From the NCBI GenBank assembly GCA_951406725.2, contig OX597820.1:40672001-40736000 (forward strand): 64,000 nucleotides of DNA, given 5' to 3'. Shown one piece after another: positions 25,828 to 39,140 of this stretch; the first letter of the stretch is position 1, and each line of letters starts with the position of its first letter. Position numbers and translations under genes: made by a program. The notes beneath the pieces are model-generated. The model had not been told where the DNA came from. It did not search any database and was given only the letters and a program-made list of their open reading frames with translations. The DNA is from Octopus vulgaris. Taxonomy: Eukaryota.

Positions 25828-25875
<48 letters not shown>

Positions 25876-26799
25876 CATACATACATACATACATACACGT
25901 ACATACTGAGAGATATATATACACAATAAGAGAGAAATAGTGAGAAGGAGAGACTTACACATATAAATGTATTTATAAAAAAGTGGAAAATAAATATTGA
26001 GGAATAAAAACTAAGAATGATAAAGAGAGTTATATGTTGTCTTACATATATACGTACACGCGCACACTCACGCACACAAACACACACTCACGATCTTCAC
26101 CGCGAAATACGAGCTTATGTTTTTCTGAATAAATATTTATTAAAAAAATTTTAGTGTTTTTTTCCTTCATTATTTATTTTCGTCTTTATTTATTAACATT
26201 TATTTTTCTTTACAATTCATATCTATATTACTGATATTTCAACACGTTTGCCGTTAACATTTCCATATAAACTTTTCAACCTGGGGTTGAAATAAAAATT
26301 CTACTGTAAGAAAATTATTATTCATACATTTGAAAGTATATATTTTGAATAGGCTGTCTATAATAAAAATAAAAGCAGAAAATAGACGATTTTTTTTTTA
26401 TCATCATTTTCTCTTTACAAATATTCTGTTCAGTTTCCCGAGTGAAATATTTCTAAATTTCTCCGATGCCTCGAGGCACTCAGACTTCATAGCACTTTAC
26501 CATTGTTATTGTTTCCTGGTTTAGTTTGAAAGTTAAGATATATTTCGCTATGGTACTTGCCATAGATTACAGCTTATTAAGAGATTAATACGAATTTTTT
26601 CCTTATTGATGTTTCAGTATTGGAGGTTTTGTTGTACCAGAAGTTGTAGGGTGCTGGACAGTAATGCCTCGAGGTATTTAGTATGCAACTATTTACATAC
26701 CTTTTACATTCTGAATTCAAATACCACTAGCATTGACTTTATATTATTTTTAATCATCGTGGTTTTGATACGATAAGTACCAGTGATGTAAACGATTGA

Positions 26800-26818
26800 A
26801 TTATCATCATCATCATCA

Positions 26819-26903
<85 letters not shown>

Positions 26904-27062
26904 TGTTGTTGTTGTTTTTTGTTGTTTTTTGCCTTTGCATAGCTTCTAACGCTGGAGACGTACTACAGTGTCAGCTCTTCACTACCAGTGAAATAAGGAA
27001 ACCTCCTTTTATTTTTCGAGCACCTTCCGGAGTTTTCGAGTGCTATTTTCTGTAAGTGCTCC
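26800..27062 (-). mobile_element. R4/Dong-type LINE extreme 3' end with (AAT)n tail
   Basis: Minus strand ..LQKIAL..LRKVLEK*, short UTR, then (AAC)(AAT)n. Confidence 0.65.
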
Positions 27063-27104
27063 ACCCTTATTGCAGCCCCTATATCCTATGTATATATGTA
27101 TGTA

Positions 27105-27151
<47 letters not shown>

Positions 27152-27529
27152 AGATAATGGTGTCATTGAGCCCCAAAGGTGTCAGGTAATGCTGAATAAC
27201 TCCTATAGACAGACCATAGTTAAGTTCTAGGTTCGGTAATATTGCGAATACAGGGTTCAACGTTGGTTCTATGTCAGCGTGTGTATATATGATTTTTTGC
27301 ATAATGAGATAGAAAAAAAACCAAAGCAATAACTCATATTAAACTCTGTTGGACTTTTGGATTTGGCTCAAAGGATATTGGGATTTTACACATATATACC
27401 ATTATGCCTATAAAACGGATTTACGAATTCAATAACCATACATATCTTACATCTATTTTCTTTTCTCCACGTCACTCTCTATTTCTATCACATCGAAACT
27501 AACTATGAGTTAATTCTTCCTCTCACACC

Positions 27530-27581
27530 GTCTACGATGAAGGGACATTATTAATTATTATCCTAGAAACAGCTGTAAGAC
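27530..27581 (+). ncRNA. Degenerate hammerhead motif (core ACGAUGA)
   Basis: gucu ACGAUGA aggga..uccua GAAA cagcug UA agac. Stem I gtct/agac, palindromic stem III. Confidence 0.5.
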
Positions 27582-27652
27582 CTTCTATCTATAAATGTCC
27601 TAATATCTATACAGCCTGGTTTTTTTTATCTTATTACGCAAAAAATTCATAA

Positions 27653-27701
<49 letters not shown>

Positions 27702-28329
27702 CATGGACAAGAACATGAAACACCAAGGAGACGACACAATAACCACAGGACGGGACATTCGAAACCCTCAGTCATCAGTCAAGAACCAGATCATCTTCGC
27801 AATTTCGGCTGATTAATCTTGAGATTGCTCCGATCTGGGCAGCCCCCAAGGGAAATCTAAGCCAAGCGCATTAGATCCCTTGGAAGAAAGCTTCGAATGT
27901 ATACAACACAAGGACGGAAAACGAACGATGTACACGAATAAAAATACAGAATACGTGACTACAATAAGGAAAGCACGAATAAGAATACAAAAACGTAAAA
28001 ACAATAACGGTAAGGATAAAAAACAAAACAAAACCAGGACGTAGGACAAGGGTCTTTCGACAGGACGAGTTGAGTTGGGGCTGGCTTATGAAGTTGTGCC
28101 TAATGGCCGCGGGAGACGAACAAATACGTGTTGCTTCGACGACTGCTGGAACGAAAAGGGCGCCCAGCAGTGGCTAGCGGTCACGTGAGGACAAAAGACA
28201 GGAGAAAGGGACAGATGAAGAGAGAGAGAAGGTGGACGAGGGAGAGAAGAAAGAGACAGATCGAGGGGAGTGGAGGTAAGAGGGATAGAGAAACGTAGGA
28301 GGGGTACATATATATGTAGAAGACCCCCT

Positions 28330-28608
28330 TCGTTCATGAATGACCATAGGATTGCACCTAAAAGGTTAACCTCGGAGGCCCATGTCCGGGTAAGGCTGTT
28401 TGTGGCGGGCCATCAGTCACCTATGCATGCCAGCCTACCCTCTCCACACCACTGATGTTAGAGGGAAAGACAAAAGGACCGATACATCTTGCCATCAGTG
28501 ATGTCGCAACTCATTTCTACAGCTGAGTGAACTGGAGCAGCGTAAAATAAAGTGTCTTGCTCAAGATCACAAAACGCAGCCCGGTGAGGGAATCGAACTC
28601 AACCTCAC
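28330..28608 (-). mobile_element. Truncated tRNA-derived SINE (CORE-like centre related to family C, different tail)
   Basis: Minus strand GAGTTCGATTCCCTCACCGGGCTGCG..TCTTGAGCAAGACACTTTATTTTACGCTGCTCCAGTTCACTCAGCTG. Confidence 0.7.
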
Positions 28609-28795
28609 ATTATAGATATATATGCACGTACTATTTATATAGTACATAAATATCTATATATGGTATATATAATCTTAATACGGAGCAAATAATTCAGCAG
28701 AAAATATTTGCGAAGATATTGTAGACTCTATTATTCTCTAGTGTAACAATTAAAAATTATAATTTTAATCCTTCAGATATACAGTATATATATAA

Positions 28796-28856
<61 letters not shown>

Positions 28857-28891
28857 GTATATATATACAGACACACATATATATATGTATA

Positions 28892-28922
<31 letters not shown>

Positions 28923-29205
28923 GTATTTATATATTTATATATATATATATGCATATATATATATTTATACATACATATATTATATATATATAAACTATAC
29001 ATATCATATATATTATATATATATAATATACATATAATATATATATATAATTTATATATATATGCTAAATATAAAAAATATATATATATGATATATATAT
29101 ATCATATACATTATATATATATATATCATATATATATGATATACATATCATTTATACATATAATCGTATATCTCTGAGCGAGAGATATACACTAACAGTA
29201 CCAGA

Positions 29206-29359
29206 TAGTAATGATTATGCCAACATAACGTGGCAATACTCTAAAGGACGATGTTACTGTTGTTTTAGCACCCGAAAAACATCTTTTCCTGGGGCTAAAA
29301 CAAGAATAACATTGTCCTTTAGAGGACTGCCATGTTATGTTGGCATATAAACATTACTA
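29206..29359. repeat. ~65-bp-arm imperfect inverted repeat (hairpin, MITE-like)
   Basis: ATGCCAACATAACGTGGCA..CTCTAAAGGAC..TTGTTTTAGC / GCTAAAACAA..GTCCTTTAGAG..TGCCATGTTATGTTGGCAT. Confidence 0.85.
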
Positions 29360-29940
29360 AATATAATTTTTTTCTCTCCTTGTTTCTCTCCTTGTTTTCT
29401 GTGTCCCTTTCTGTAGAAGAGCGTAGTTTCGAATCGTAAAATACTTTTTCTATTCCTGAGCGTTATACTAATACATCTGTTTGTTTTGTACACTACCTGT
29501 CTTCGTCTTTTGTTGTTTTGTAAACTCTCCCTATATATATATATATATATATATATATTTAAATAGGTGAATGAATTATCCTATGTTTATCGTCAGCATG
29601 GAAAAATCATAGAAAAATCATACAAATGTAAACACTGGCAGAAACATACTTTCTACTCATATAAATGATAACGATAGTCACTGTGGTTTGAACAATTAGC
29701 TTAACGTACACTCCACTTCAATAGCGAAATTCTTTCCTAAGCCTTCGAACATTCTTTCAATCAACGTACCCTTCCCTCTCCACTTGTGCCCTACCTATTA
29801 TTCCTTTAGCCCTTCTCTTCCTACTATAATTCTTTGACGTCAATTCTTCTAAGGGTTTTTTTAAAAACACTCATCATCGTTTTGTTTACCATGTAGGCAG
29901 TCATCGAAATTTGTGTTTGTCTTGTTGTCGAGAGAGGGTC

Positions 29941-30033
29941 CCTTTCTTTCCTGATGAGAAGATTGCATAATGCACCCTTTATTCCTTTGGAATGAAACCA
30001 TGTTGTCTTCGAAACATATGTCGAGAGTAAAGG
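29941..30033 (+). ncRNA. Canonical type I hammerhead ribozyme
   Basis: ccuuucuuuc CUGAUGA gaagauugcau...auguugucuuc GAAA cauaug UC gagaguaaagg. All core nucleotides intact, G10.1-C11.1, GUC triplet (cut after 30022), palindromic stem III. Confidence 0.85.
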
Positions 30034-30069
30034 AATTTTGTTAACATCTTCGTTCGACTCCATTCTTTC

Positions 30070-30132
<63 letters not shown>

Positions 30133-30263
30133 GATATATAGTAGCAAGTAATTTGATCTGAGATCTTGTGCTGAAACGAAAACAATTGCAGCGTGGAAGG
30201 TGTTTATAAGCCATTTAAGAAACACACAAAAGCCGTTCGATTCACTTCAACATTTAAGTTTAA

Positions 30264-30313
30264 TTTGTCAAAATATTTTCGTCGCTAAAATCCGCGACCT
30301 GTTCACTGACAAA
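30264..30313 (-). ncRNA. Hammerhead ribozyme variant with swapped G3:C8 pair
   Basis: uuuguca GUGAACA g gucgc ggauuuua gcgac GAAA auau UU ugacaaa. 7-bp stem I, 5-bp stem II, palindromic stem III. Confidence 0.65.
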
Positions 30314-30323
30314 GTCCGTGCTG

Positions 30324-30547
30324 CATCTAAGAGAGTAACAGTTAGTTCGTTCATATATATGTACGTATGTATGTGTGTATGTATGCATACATGTGTGTAT
30401 GTATGTACGTATGCATGTACGCACATACATACATGCATACACAGGCGTATGTGCGTACATGCATACGTACATACATACACACATGTATGCATACATACAC
30501 ACATACATACGTACATATATATGACGAACTAACTGTTACCTTAGATG
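30324..30547. repeat. Near-perfect ~100-bp-arm inverted repeat
   Basis: CATCTAAG..GTAACAGTTAGTTCG..GTACGCACATAC / GTATGTGCGTAC..CGAACTAACTGTTACCTTAGATG, ~18-nt spacer. Confidence 0.9.
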
Positions 30548-32653
30548 GATCTCCTTGGGAGAGGTAGATATTTTCAAGAAACGACTTGATTTCTTATTAC
30601 CCAAGATTCCAGATGGACCAATATCAAGATAGAAAACTCAAAAGGGGGCAGCAGTGGATAACTCTCTCTCCTTCACCAAAATCCAATCACATAGAATTGG
30701 TTAATTAAAAAGGGTTTACAATGGCAGTGAATAAAAGAATGAAAGAATACATTATATATGTATAATATATATATATGTATATATATATACATGCATATAT
30801 ATATATATATATACACACACATATCTATATATACATACATATATTATACACATATATATACATACACACACATATATACATATATATATACACACACACA
30901 TAATTTGACACAATACAGATGGTCGTAGCTGTTTTTATTTTGATTATAAATTGCTCAATAACCAGCGCAATCCCTGCAAAATATTAGTAACATCTCAAAT
31001 GTGTTCTGATCCCATACTCTCACTGCAGTATGGGTACATCTACCATAGCTGGGAATTGTATATCCCGGGCACACCGTGATGATCATTCAATATAAATGCT
31101 TCATGGATCACAGTTCCTACTACGAACATCACCAACACCACTCTTTAAATTTTACTGCCACTAACGCCACCCTCTTGAACCTTGTATCATCCTCTTTATT
31201 ATCACTGTGTATGCACTGCACTATGACCGCAACTTCCACCACGACACTCACAACACTAACACTTCTATTACAGCTGTTTCACCGACTCAACTATCGTTAG
31301 AATATCATTGATAAACGACCCCATCAAAACAGTATCGCCAACATCTTCATCCCCATCGTCACTCCATCATCACCATTATCATCACTATTGCAATCACCAT
31401 CATCACCACCACCGTCATCACCACCATTATCACCATTGAAACCACCGCCACGAACACATTCATATCATAATTGAACACTGCCACTAAAAGCATACCACCA
31501 CAAACACCATCGTCACCACTACCACTATTGTGTTAATGTCATCACCCAACATCCCCACCAAAATATTATTACCAACACCTCCACTACCATTAACTGTATT
31601 ATCACGATCCCCATCTTTCCTCCGACAACCATCAACCTATCCTCTAACCAATATCACTACTATTGCTATCACATCTCCCGAAGACTTACTCCGCCACCGA
31701 TAACCGATCACCGATGCCACCACCATCACCACTATTACCATTACCAACAGCCTCGCATAAAAACTTAAAACTCCTAAAAAAAAAATTAACAGAATCACAA
31801 ACACACAAACACCCACATAAAATCAATGAACAAAAGCAAAAATGGAAGATGTTGCCGGTAGCAAAATTTGCAACACTTTTATCATGTTGTAATCAGAATC
31901 TTTTGTAGGAATTAACAGCATTTTATTTTTGTTTAAATTATCATCGGGCAAAACTGTTAGAAAAAGATTAATTATTGATGTGCTCCGAGAAACAACGAAA
32001 AGAAGGAAGGAAAGACAGGAATTATGAAAAATATATGTGTGTAAGTTTGTGACTGTGTGTACCGGCGTGTGTGAGTGTGCATGCTTGTATGTGTGTGTTT
32101 GTGTAGGTGTGGTAGTGGGACATGGAGAGAAAGAGAAAGACATGTAGAGAGGTGAGAAGGGGAGAGAGAGAGAGACGGTAAAAGAGAGACAACGGTTGTA
32201 TTGAAAGGCAAAATAAGAGGCAAAGTACATGTGTATGTGCATGTCTATATGTGCCTGTATTTGTGCGCATACATGTACTCAGACATGCACACACGCAATC
32301 GCGCACACACACACATATATTTATATATATATACCTATATATATATATATATATAATTATTTATATATATATATATATATATGTATGTATATATATGTAT
32401 ATATGTTTATATATGTATGTATATATATGTATATAATATGCTTATATATGTATGTATATATATATGTATATAATATGCTTATATATGTATGTATATATAT
32501 ATATGAATGTATACATGTATATATATATGTGTATATGTATTTATATGTATGTATATATATGTATATAATATGTATATATATATATGTATGTATATATATA
32601 TGTGTGTGTGTGTATATATGTATATAAATATGTATATTATATATATGTATGTA

Positions 32654-32709
<56 letters not shown>

Positions 32710-33034
32710 AAAGATATGAAAAGACTCATAGAGAGAGAGAGAGAAAGACAGAATGAGAAGAGAGAGAAAGAAAGAGTTAAGGAAGCTAGGGAGAAAGGAA
32801 CGAAAAAAAGACAAAAAGGGAAGATAGAATGAAATGAAATTGTAAAAGAGAAAAAAGGAAGAATGAACGAATGAAGGAAGGTAAAAAGTTGAGAGAAAGG
32901 CAAATAATTAAGTAAAAAAAAAGTTTAGTAAATGAAATTAAGAAATTAAAATAATAGAATAGACGCTCGCCAACAAAACAAGGTTGAAAACAAATATGAA
33001 CATTAAATAGCAACAAGAGTAGCATTAGCAACTA

Positions 33035-33035
33035 C

Positions 33036-33080
<45 letters not shown>

Positions 33081-33109
33081 TGTAATAGTAATAATAATTA
33101 TTATTATTG

Positions 33110-33196
<87 letters not shown>

Positions 33197-33213
33197 TGAT
33201 AATAATAATAACA

Positions 33214-33259
<46 letters not shown>

Positions 33260-33330
33260 GAAGAAGAAGAAGAAGAAGAATTATTATTATTATTATTATT
33301 ATGATTAGGATGATGATGATGGTAGTGATG
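33035..33330. repeat. (AAT)n/(ATT)n/(AAG)n compound microsatellite
   Basis: Directly visible. Confidence 0.95.
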
Positions 33331-33399
33331 ATTTCATTATTAATCGTAAAGTTTGAAAAAGCGATCGAGGACTGTACAAAAAACGTGTGAACAAAATAA

Positions 33400-35410
33400 A
33401 TAACGAAAACAAAAGAAGAAACCTTGAAACAAATGAAAATTGCCCCACTAGGGGGAATCTTCCGAGGAAACTTTCATGGAAGCTCCACAAAACCCGAGTC
33501 ACCCTAAATACTAACGCAAGCGCCGTCTCCCAGCTCTCATTATCCAGAGAACAAGAATACACTTAGTGCCGGTCCTCTTCGCTCGCATCATACTCGCTAC
33601 TCGTATCCACCTATCTATAAATTTGTTGAGAGGCAACTCTTCCTCTCCAGCTATATTTACTTTTCAAAGGAAATTTTTAAAAGTTGACCGTTTTATGAAG
33701 GTGGGAATTGCCTGTCTATAGTCCTTTCAGTTTCTCTCACCACATAACATCCTTTGCCAAACAGATCAAAACTGCTGTCCGTCTCAACCAAGGAAAATCG
33801 GTAAAACAATCTTCATGCAGGACTTATCCAGATGTCGGATCCGTTATACACCTAATATATACGCCAGATTGATTACTTGTGGAAATATATGTTAAAAAAA
33901 TCTGCAATACTCGAGCACTAAGTAAATTCATACAAAATGGTTTTGTTCCTCTATGCTCATTTCAGATAGATCAACCTGACGAAACATGTTGAAGAGTTAC
34001 CGCACTCTGGTAACACTGTCAGACAACATTTTTGGGAATTATCCTTGACATCCTTCATGACAGTTCTAAATAATCCAGCTAGTTGATATTCACTGAGACC
34101 AAAATTTCCATCGAGAACATCGTCCTTAACAAGACCGCTATAGAATGCAAATATGGATCTCCCACCGACTGCATTGCTCAGTTGCTCATCATTGGATGTA
34201 CTTTCCGCTATAGTGGCTCTAGAATCAGTGCATAAAAAGAAAAACAAGCAAAGACAACTATTTAGAAAATGCTTTAGCTGATACTTGAAATCTGTGTTTA
34301 GCAGAGTTATAGGCTGCAAAATATCAATGTGGTTCCCTTTTGTTCGCGTCCTTTTTAAACATAACTAAGGCACCTTGACTCATAAAGCTGAGATGTTTTT
34401 CCGTTTTCTTGATCGTTGTGGTATAAACCTATCAAAAGGTCATCGAACAAGCCTGGCACGTAGTTTAGATGTTCTACACTAGGTGTGTGTCTTCCGTACT
34501 GAAATCCATGGTAGTAGAGTGCCTATTATCAGCTTTTCGTAACGCTTGGCCTCCGTTGCCAATAGTCACGGCGAATTTTCACAGGAGTTACCTTATGCCT
34601 CCATTACCGAAAGATATGGAAAGTCGTCAAGGTAGGAATTGACTTTCATCCTACGATCCAGTCCGCAACTTATCCTTAACATATTAGTTCCTTATTAGAT
34701 ATTTCTCTTATCTGGTTTTCTCTTTTTCATTGCTTAAACTTATTGTTTGTATTCTAATCGATCATTTCAGAGTAAACGTTCATTTGTTGTTGACGGTTAC
34801 CCTCGTCAATACCTGCTTCACTAATTCGCTATTCTCGCCTCCGTGGATTTCCTGCACCGGGAAAGACACGTTCAGTATTCAGTAACCAGATTCCTTCTCA
34901 CGAATTTATCTAGGTCGATCGTACAGATGATATTTTTATGCTCTATGTAACCGACAGCTTTAAAATGATGGCAACCTACGTTATCCCTATCTATTGGCCT
35001 CTCTCTTAATATGATCTAGATGATCCAATGAAGTTTGTCCATTTCATCTGAAGTACATTTGAGTCATCCATTCGGCACCAGTGTGACAGTTAGAAACGTC
35101 CTACCAAGTGTATGCGAGTTTACAAGCATCTGCTCCTGCAGCTATCGTGCATTTAGGAAACTATTCTAATTTCTCACTAGCGGTAATGAGTAAACTATTC
35201 CTGAGAATGATAATAGACGCCAGAATACATTTTGCTGATTCACCCTTGTATCATAAACAGCTATTAGTCGGAAGGCATGACATTCGCTGTTGATCATGTT
35301 CAGCTCCAACGACTTACTTTCTGCATTCAGGAAGGCAATCCTCGTTGCGATATCCTGAACGTTCTGAAACAATGCAGTAATCTCCACCTCCCGATCCCAG
35401 CTGATTTTAT
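33400..35410 (-). mobile_element. Decayed, internally deleted Tx1/L1-clade LINE
   Basis: Minus strand: AFRLIAVY (APE endonuclease, ~35260), VPGLFDDLLIGLYHNDQENG and QPITLLNTDFK (RT, ~34300-34460), LPLNKFIDRWIRVASMMR (C-terminus, ~33600). Confidence 0.7.
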
Positions 35411-35416
35411 GATATA

Positions 35417-35606
35417 TACGAGGGTTGCTAAAATGGCCCTGGCTTTGGCTAAAAGAAAATAAAGGAGGATCAGTTAATCGTGATTATATCAAACATCTTC
35501 CATTTTTAAATTCACACACTTATTGCATTGGTCCTTCAGTTTTTCTAAGACCTGTAAAAAGCCTCGGAATGTTGGGCCTGCAGGAACTTTTCAGCACCCC
35601 CTTGTA
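35417..35606. mobile_element. Mariner-derived MITE (~186 bp)
   Basis: TA-CGAGGGTTGCTAAAATGGCCCTGGC ... CAGGAACTTTTCAGCACCCCCTTG-TA terminal inverted repeats with TA duplication. Confidence 0.75.
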
Positions 35607-35759
35607 TAGCAAATATTCACCACATATGGTCGTGAAGTGTCATGTGTCATCGGCTGCATGTTGAAAGAAGGATACTAATTGTGTTACGAGTAAGAAAGAA
35701 ATTGTAAGCTGTTGCCTGGACAGACTACAAGAAGGTTTACAATTTTCAATACTGCTGGC

Positions 35760-37010
35760 TCTTTGGCGTACCTGAGGACACTTGGAGCGAATAGAAAGAT
35801 AAAACAGCTTTCTGAGAAAGTATGAATGAGAGTGTGGGCGTTAGACTATGCACAAATGAATCGTCGTTAGGAAACGTGGAAATACGCAGCGGTACCTTCA
35901 AGGAGGACTCACCCACCTCATTATTTTTTGTCATCGCTTTAATACCTCGAACGAATATACTGAAAAAATACGTATGGGTTTACCAAAACCAAGGTGAAGA
36001 TGAATCATTTGCTATATATGGATAAACTCAAACTATATACAAGAAAATATAAAAATCTGGATTTTCAAATCGAAGTAGTGAAAGTATTCAGTAAAGATGC
36101 TAGTTTGAGTTAAAGAAGTGTGCTTTACTACTTATGGTTTGAGACTCGAAGATAAACTATTATAGTATTGAATTACCACAAGACAACATCATTAGATTGC
36201 TTTAGAATAATGAGGGATGCATATACCTTGGGGTGCTGCAATGCGATACGATAATGGAATGAGAAATCAAGGATAACATTTCGAAAGAGTTTGAGAGAAT
36301 TAGGAAGGTGCTCGAAACAAATTTAAATTGGGGGAGAATATCAAAGTATTAAATAAACGGGCTACGCTAGTCTTAAGACACCCTGCTTCCCCTTTAGAAT
36401 AGACAACGGTAGAGCTACAAAATGCGAGAACTAAGAAACTATTCACAATACACAACGCATGCCAGCCGAAATATAATAACAACAGATTCTACCTAACAGG
36501 GAAGGAAGAGGACGACTCCCGGCCGACGCATCACTATCACCTAGAAGAATTCAAGAACAGAAGGAAGAACTCTAGAATAGATTGCTGGAGATTACATGGC
36601 CAGTTCATGTAAGAATTCGAGGACGTTCGAAGTAAAGAGCCCTGGTTGTGAGAGGCGGACTACGAGAGATCAAAACGCTAATTATAGCTGCTCAGAAACA
36701 AGACATGAGAACGAATCTGACAAAGGCTAAGATCGATAAAAATCAATCAAAAAGCAAATGCAGAATCTCCGGGGAAAGAGGACAACACCAAAAAATGTAA
36801 CCGCAGCAAAAGCGTTCACTTGGAATGTTAATCGAACGTATGATTTTAAAGTAACAGAAAAGTGGTATGAACACGAACCATAGGCTGCGAGAGAGGACAA
36901 AAATTATAGGATTTATGAGGCTACTCATAAAAAATGGCCATACATCTGAAGCTAGAAGACAAGGTATAAAGAACAAATTAAAAAATCGCATAAGATCAGA
37001 GACTGTGGAA
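35760..37010 (+). mobile_element. Decayed R4/Dong-type LINE RT and C-terminal region
   Basis: VEIRSGTFKEDSPTSLFFVIALIP, MNHLLYMDKLKLY, YLGVLQ, IRKVLETNLN, KLFTIHNACQPK, LIIAAQKQDMRTNLTKAKIDKNQSKSKCRI, colinear across frameshifts. Confidence 0.85.
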
Positions 37011-37924
37011 ATTATCTTAGTAAATATTCTCGTTTCTATTTAGGTGCATACAATTATAGGTCATTATATATGTGTTGAAGCAAGTGATTATTTCTTTTAT
37101 TTAATTTGGTTGTTAAGACTGCTGAATTTGTAACACTCGACCTTGTTTCATCAAGTAAAAACTGTTCCATTATGTCTTCGTTTTCGTCCATGGCAAGGTT
37201 GCTTAACGTGTAACACACATTATTTCATTACATTGACATTTTCTATCATACATATGATTTGGGCTCCATTGTCAATTAGGACAAAACTCTTGTCACTTAG
37301 GACAAAACTCTTGAACTTCATATTCAAGATTTCTGTTATATCTTGGATGTATCTCCATATTTAACTTAGTTTAAAGCTTCAAACTCGAGTACAAATCACG
37401 ATTAGCAGAATATAGATAAAAGAAAACAATGAGAATATTTGCATCAATATAGCAAATACCAACTGCGGTAACTACTGTAGATATATACCTGTATAAGGCA
37501 GGATGGCTACGGTTTTAACGTCTTTCACCAGAGGTCAGATGGCACCTAATCTGGCATCAAACAAAAATAACGACATAACTGCAACAGGATCGCGTTAACA
37601 AGAGCAACAAAAACAATAGTAACACCAGCGACGCCGATGACGGCGACAACAACGCCGCTGACGATGACAACGATAGCAACAACAACAACAACGGCTGCAG
37701 CATTGATGACAATTAAGAGAAATTGTATGACAACATATTTGATAACAACACACACGGAAGCAACGACAGAGGCGATGAGAAATGAGTTTGACGGCAGTGG
37801 CAGGGACGAGAAGGGCAGCGTCGACGCGATCAACTTCACGAAGAACACCAAAAAGAAAATGGCGGCACGCCGTAGGGCGGAAGAGATCTAGATGAACACC
37901 AACATATTCAAAGTTTCCAGTCAC

Positions 37925-37991
37925 TACCATCATTATCATCATCATCATCACAATCATCATCACCATCATCATCATCATCATCACCATCACC

Positions 37992-38036
<45 letters not shown>

Positions 38037-38230
38037 GTCGTCGTCGTCGTCGTCGTCGTCATCATCATCATCATCAGGATCATCATCAACATCATCAACA
38101 ACAACAGCAACAACAACAAAATCATCGCCACTACCACCAATACTAATAGCATAATTTAACTACTACCACCATCAGCACCAACCCCACTAATGGTACCACC
38201 ACCACCACCACCACTACTAATACTAGCAAA
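37925..38230. repeat. (CAT)n/(CGT)n/(CAA)n trinucleotide field
   Basis: Directly visible. Confidence 0.9.
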
Positions 38231-38318
38231 AACAACACTGTTATTACCACAAGACTACCCTCGACGCTGCTAATATAATCACAAGCTTCAAGAAACAATG
38301 TCAACTACATAGGCAGAG

Positions 38319-38363
<45 letters not shown>

Positions 38364-38699
38364 TAGAACAGGAAAGATAGAGAGAAGTATAGGAGTATAT
38401 ATGCATGCATATATGTGTGCGTGTGTTTCAGTATGACTACAACTGTGTTTGTGTTCGTGTGTGTGTGTACAGTTACAAAACAGCTGCAGGAGTATTTTTA
38501 ACTCCATTGAGTCAGCTTTGTTTCTTGTTGGCTTTTAATGTTTTTCTACGTTACACGTTGCGTCACACCATCTCAAATCATATTCACATCAAATCTTTAT
38601 CTATTTATCGTCCCATTCAGCCTGACTCCTTTTACTCAATGCATTCTCTCTTTCTCTCTCTCCTCTTCTTCTGTCTATCTTTTTATCTGTCTCTCTCTC

Positions 38700-38751
38700 T
38701 CCTCTTCTTCTATCTATCTATTTATCCGGATCTCTCTCTCTCTATCTATCA

Positions 38752-38846
<95 letters not shown>

Positions 38847-38888
38847 AATCTATCTGTCTGTCTGTCTATCTGTCTGTCTGTCTGCCTG

Positions 38889-38923
<35 letters not shown>

Positions 38924-39010
38924 GTCTGTATGTCTGTCTGTCTGTCTGTCTATTTATGTATGTAAGTATGTATGTATGTATGAATGTATGTATGTATGTA
39001 TGTATGTATG

Positions 39011-39041
<31 letters not shown>

Positions 39042-39042
39042 A

Positions 39043-39137
<95 letters not shown>

Positions 39138-39140
39138 TAG
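38700..39140. repeat. (TATC)n/(TGTC)n/(TATG)n tetranucleotide array
   Basis: Directly visible. Confidence 0.95.

Noticed and set aside
27698-28320. Repeat-like segment between (TA)n tracts resembling a Penelope terminal region (similar GAAATTGC motif near 25028)
   Set aside because: No recognisable coding motif or complete ribozyme core, so it cannot be classified by eye.
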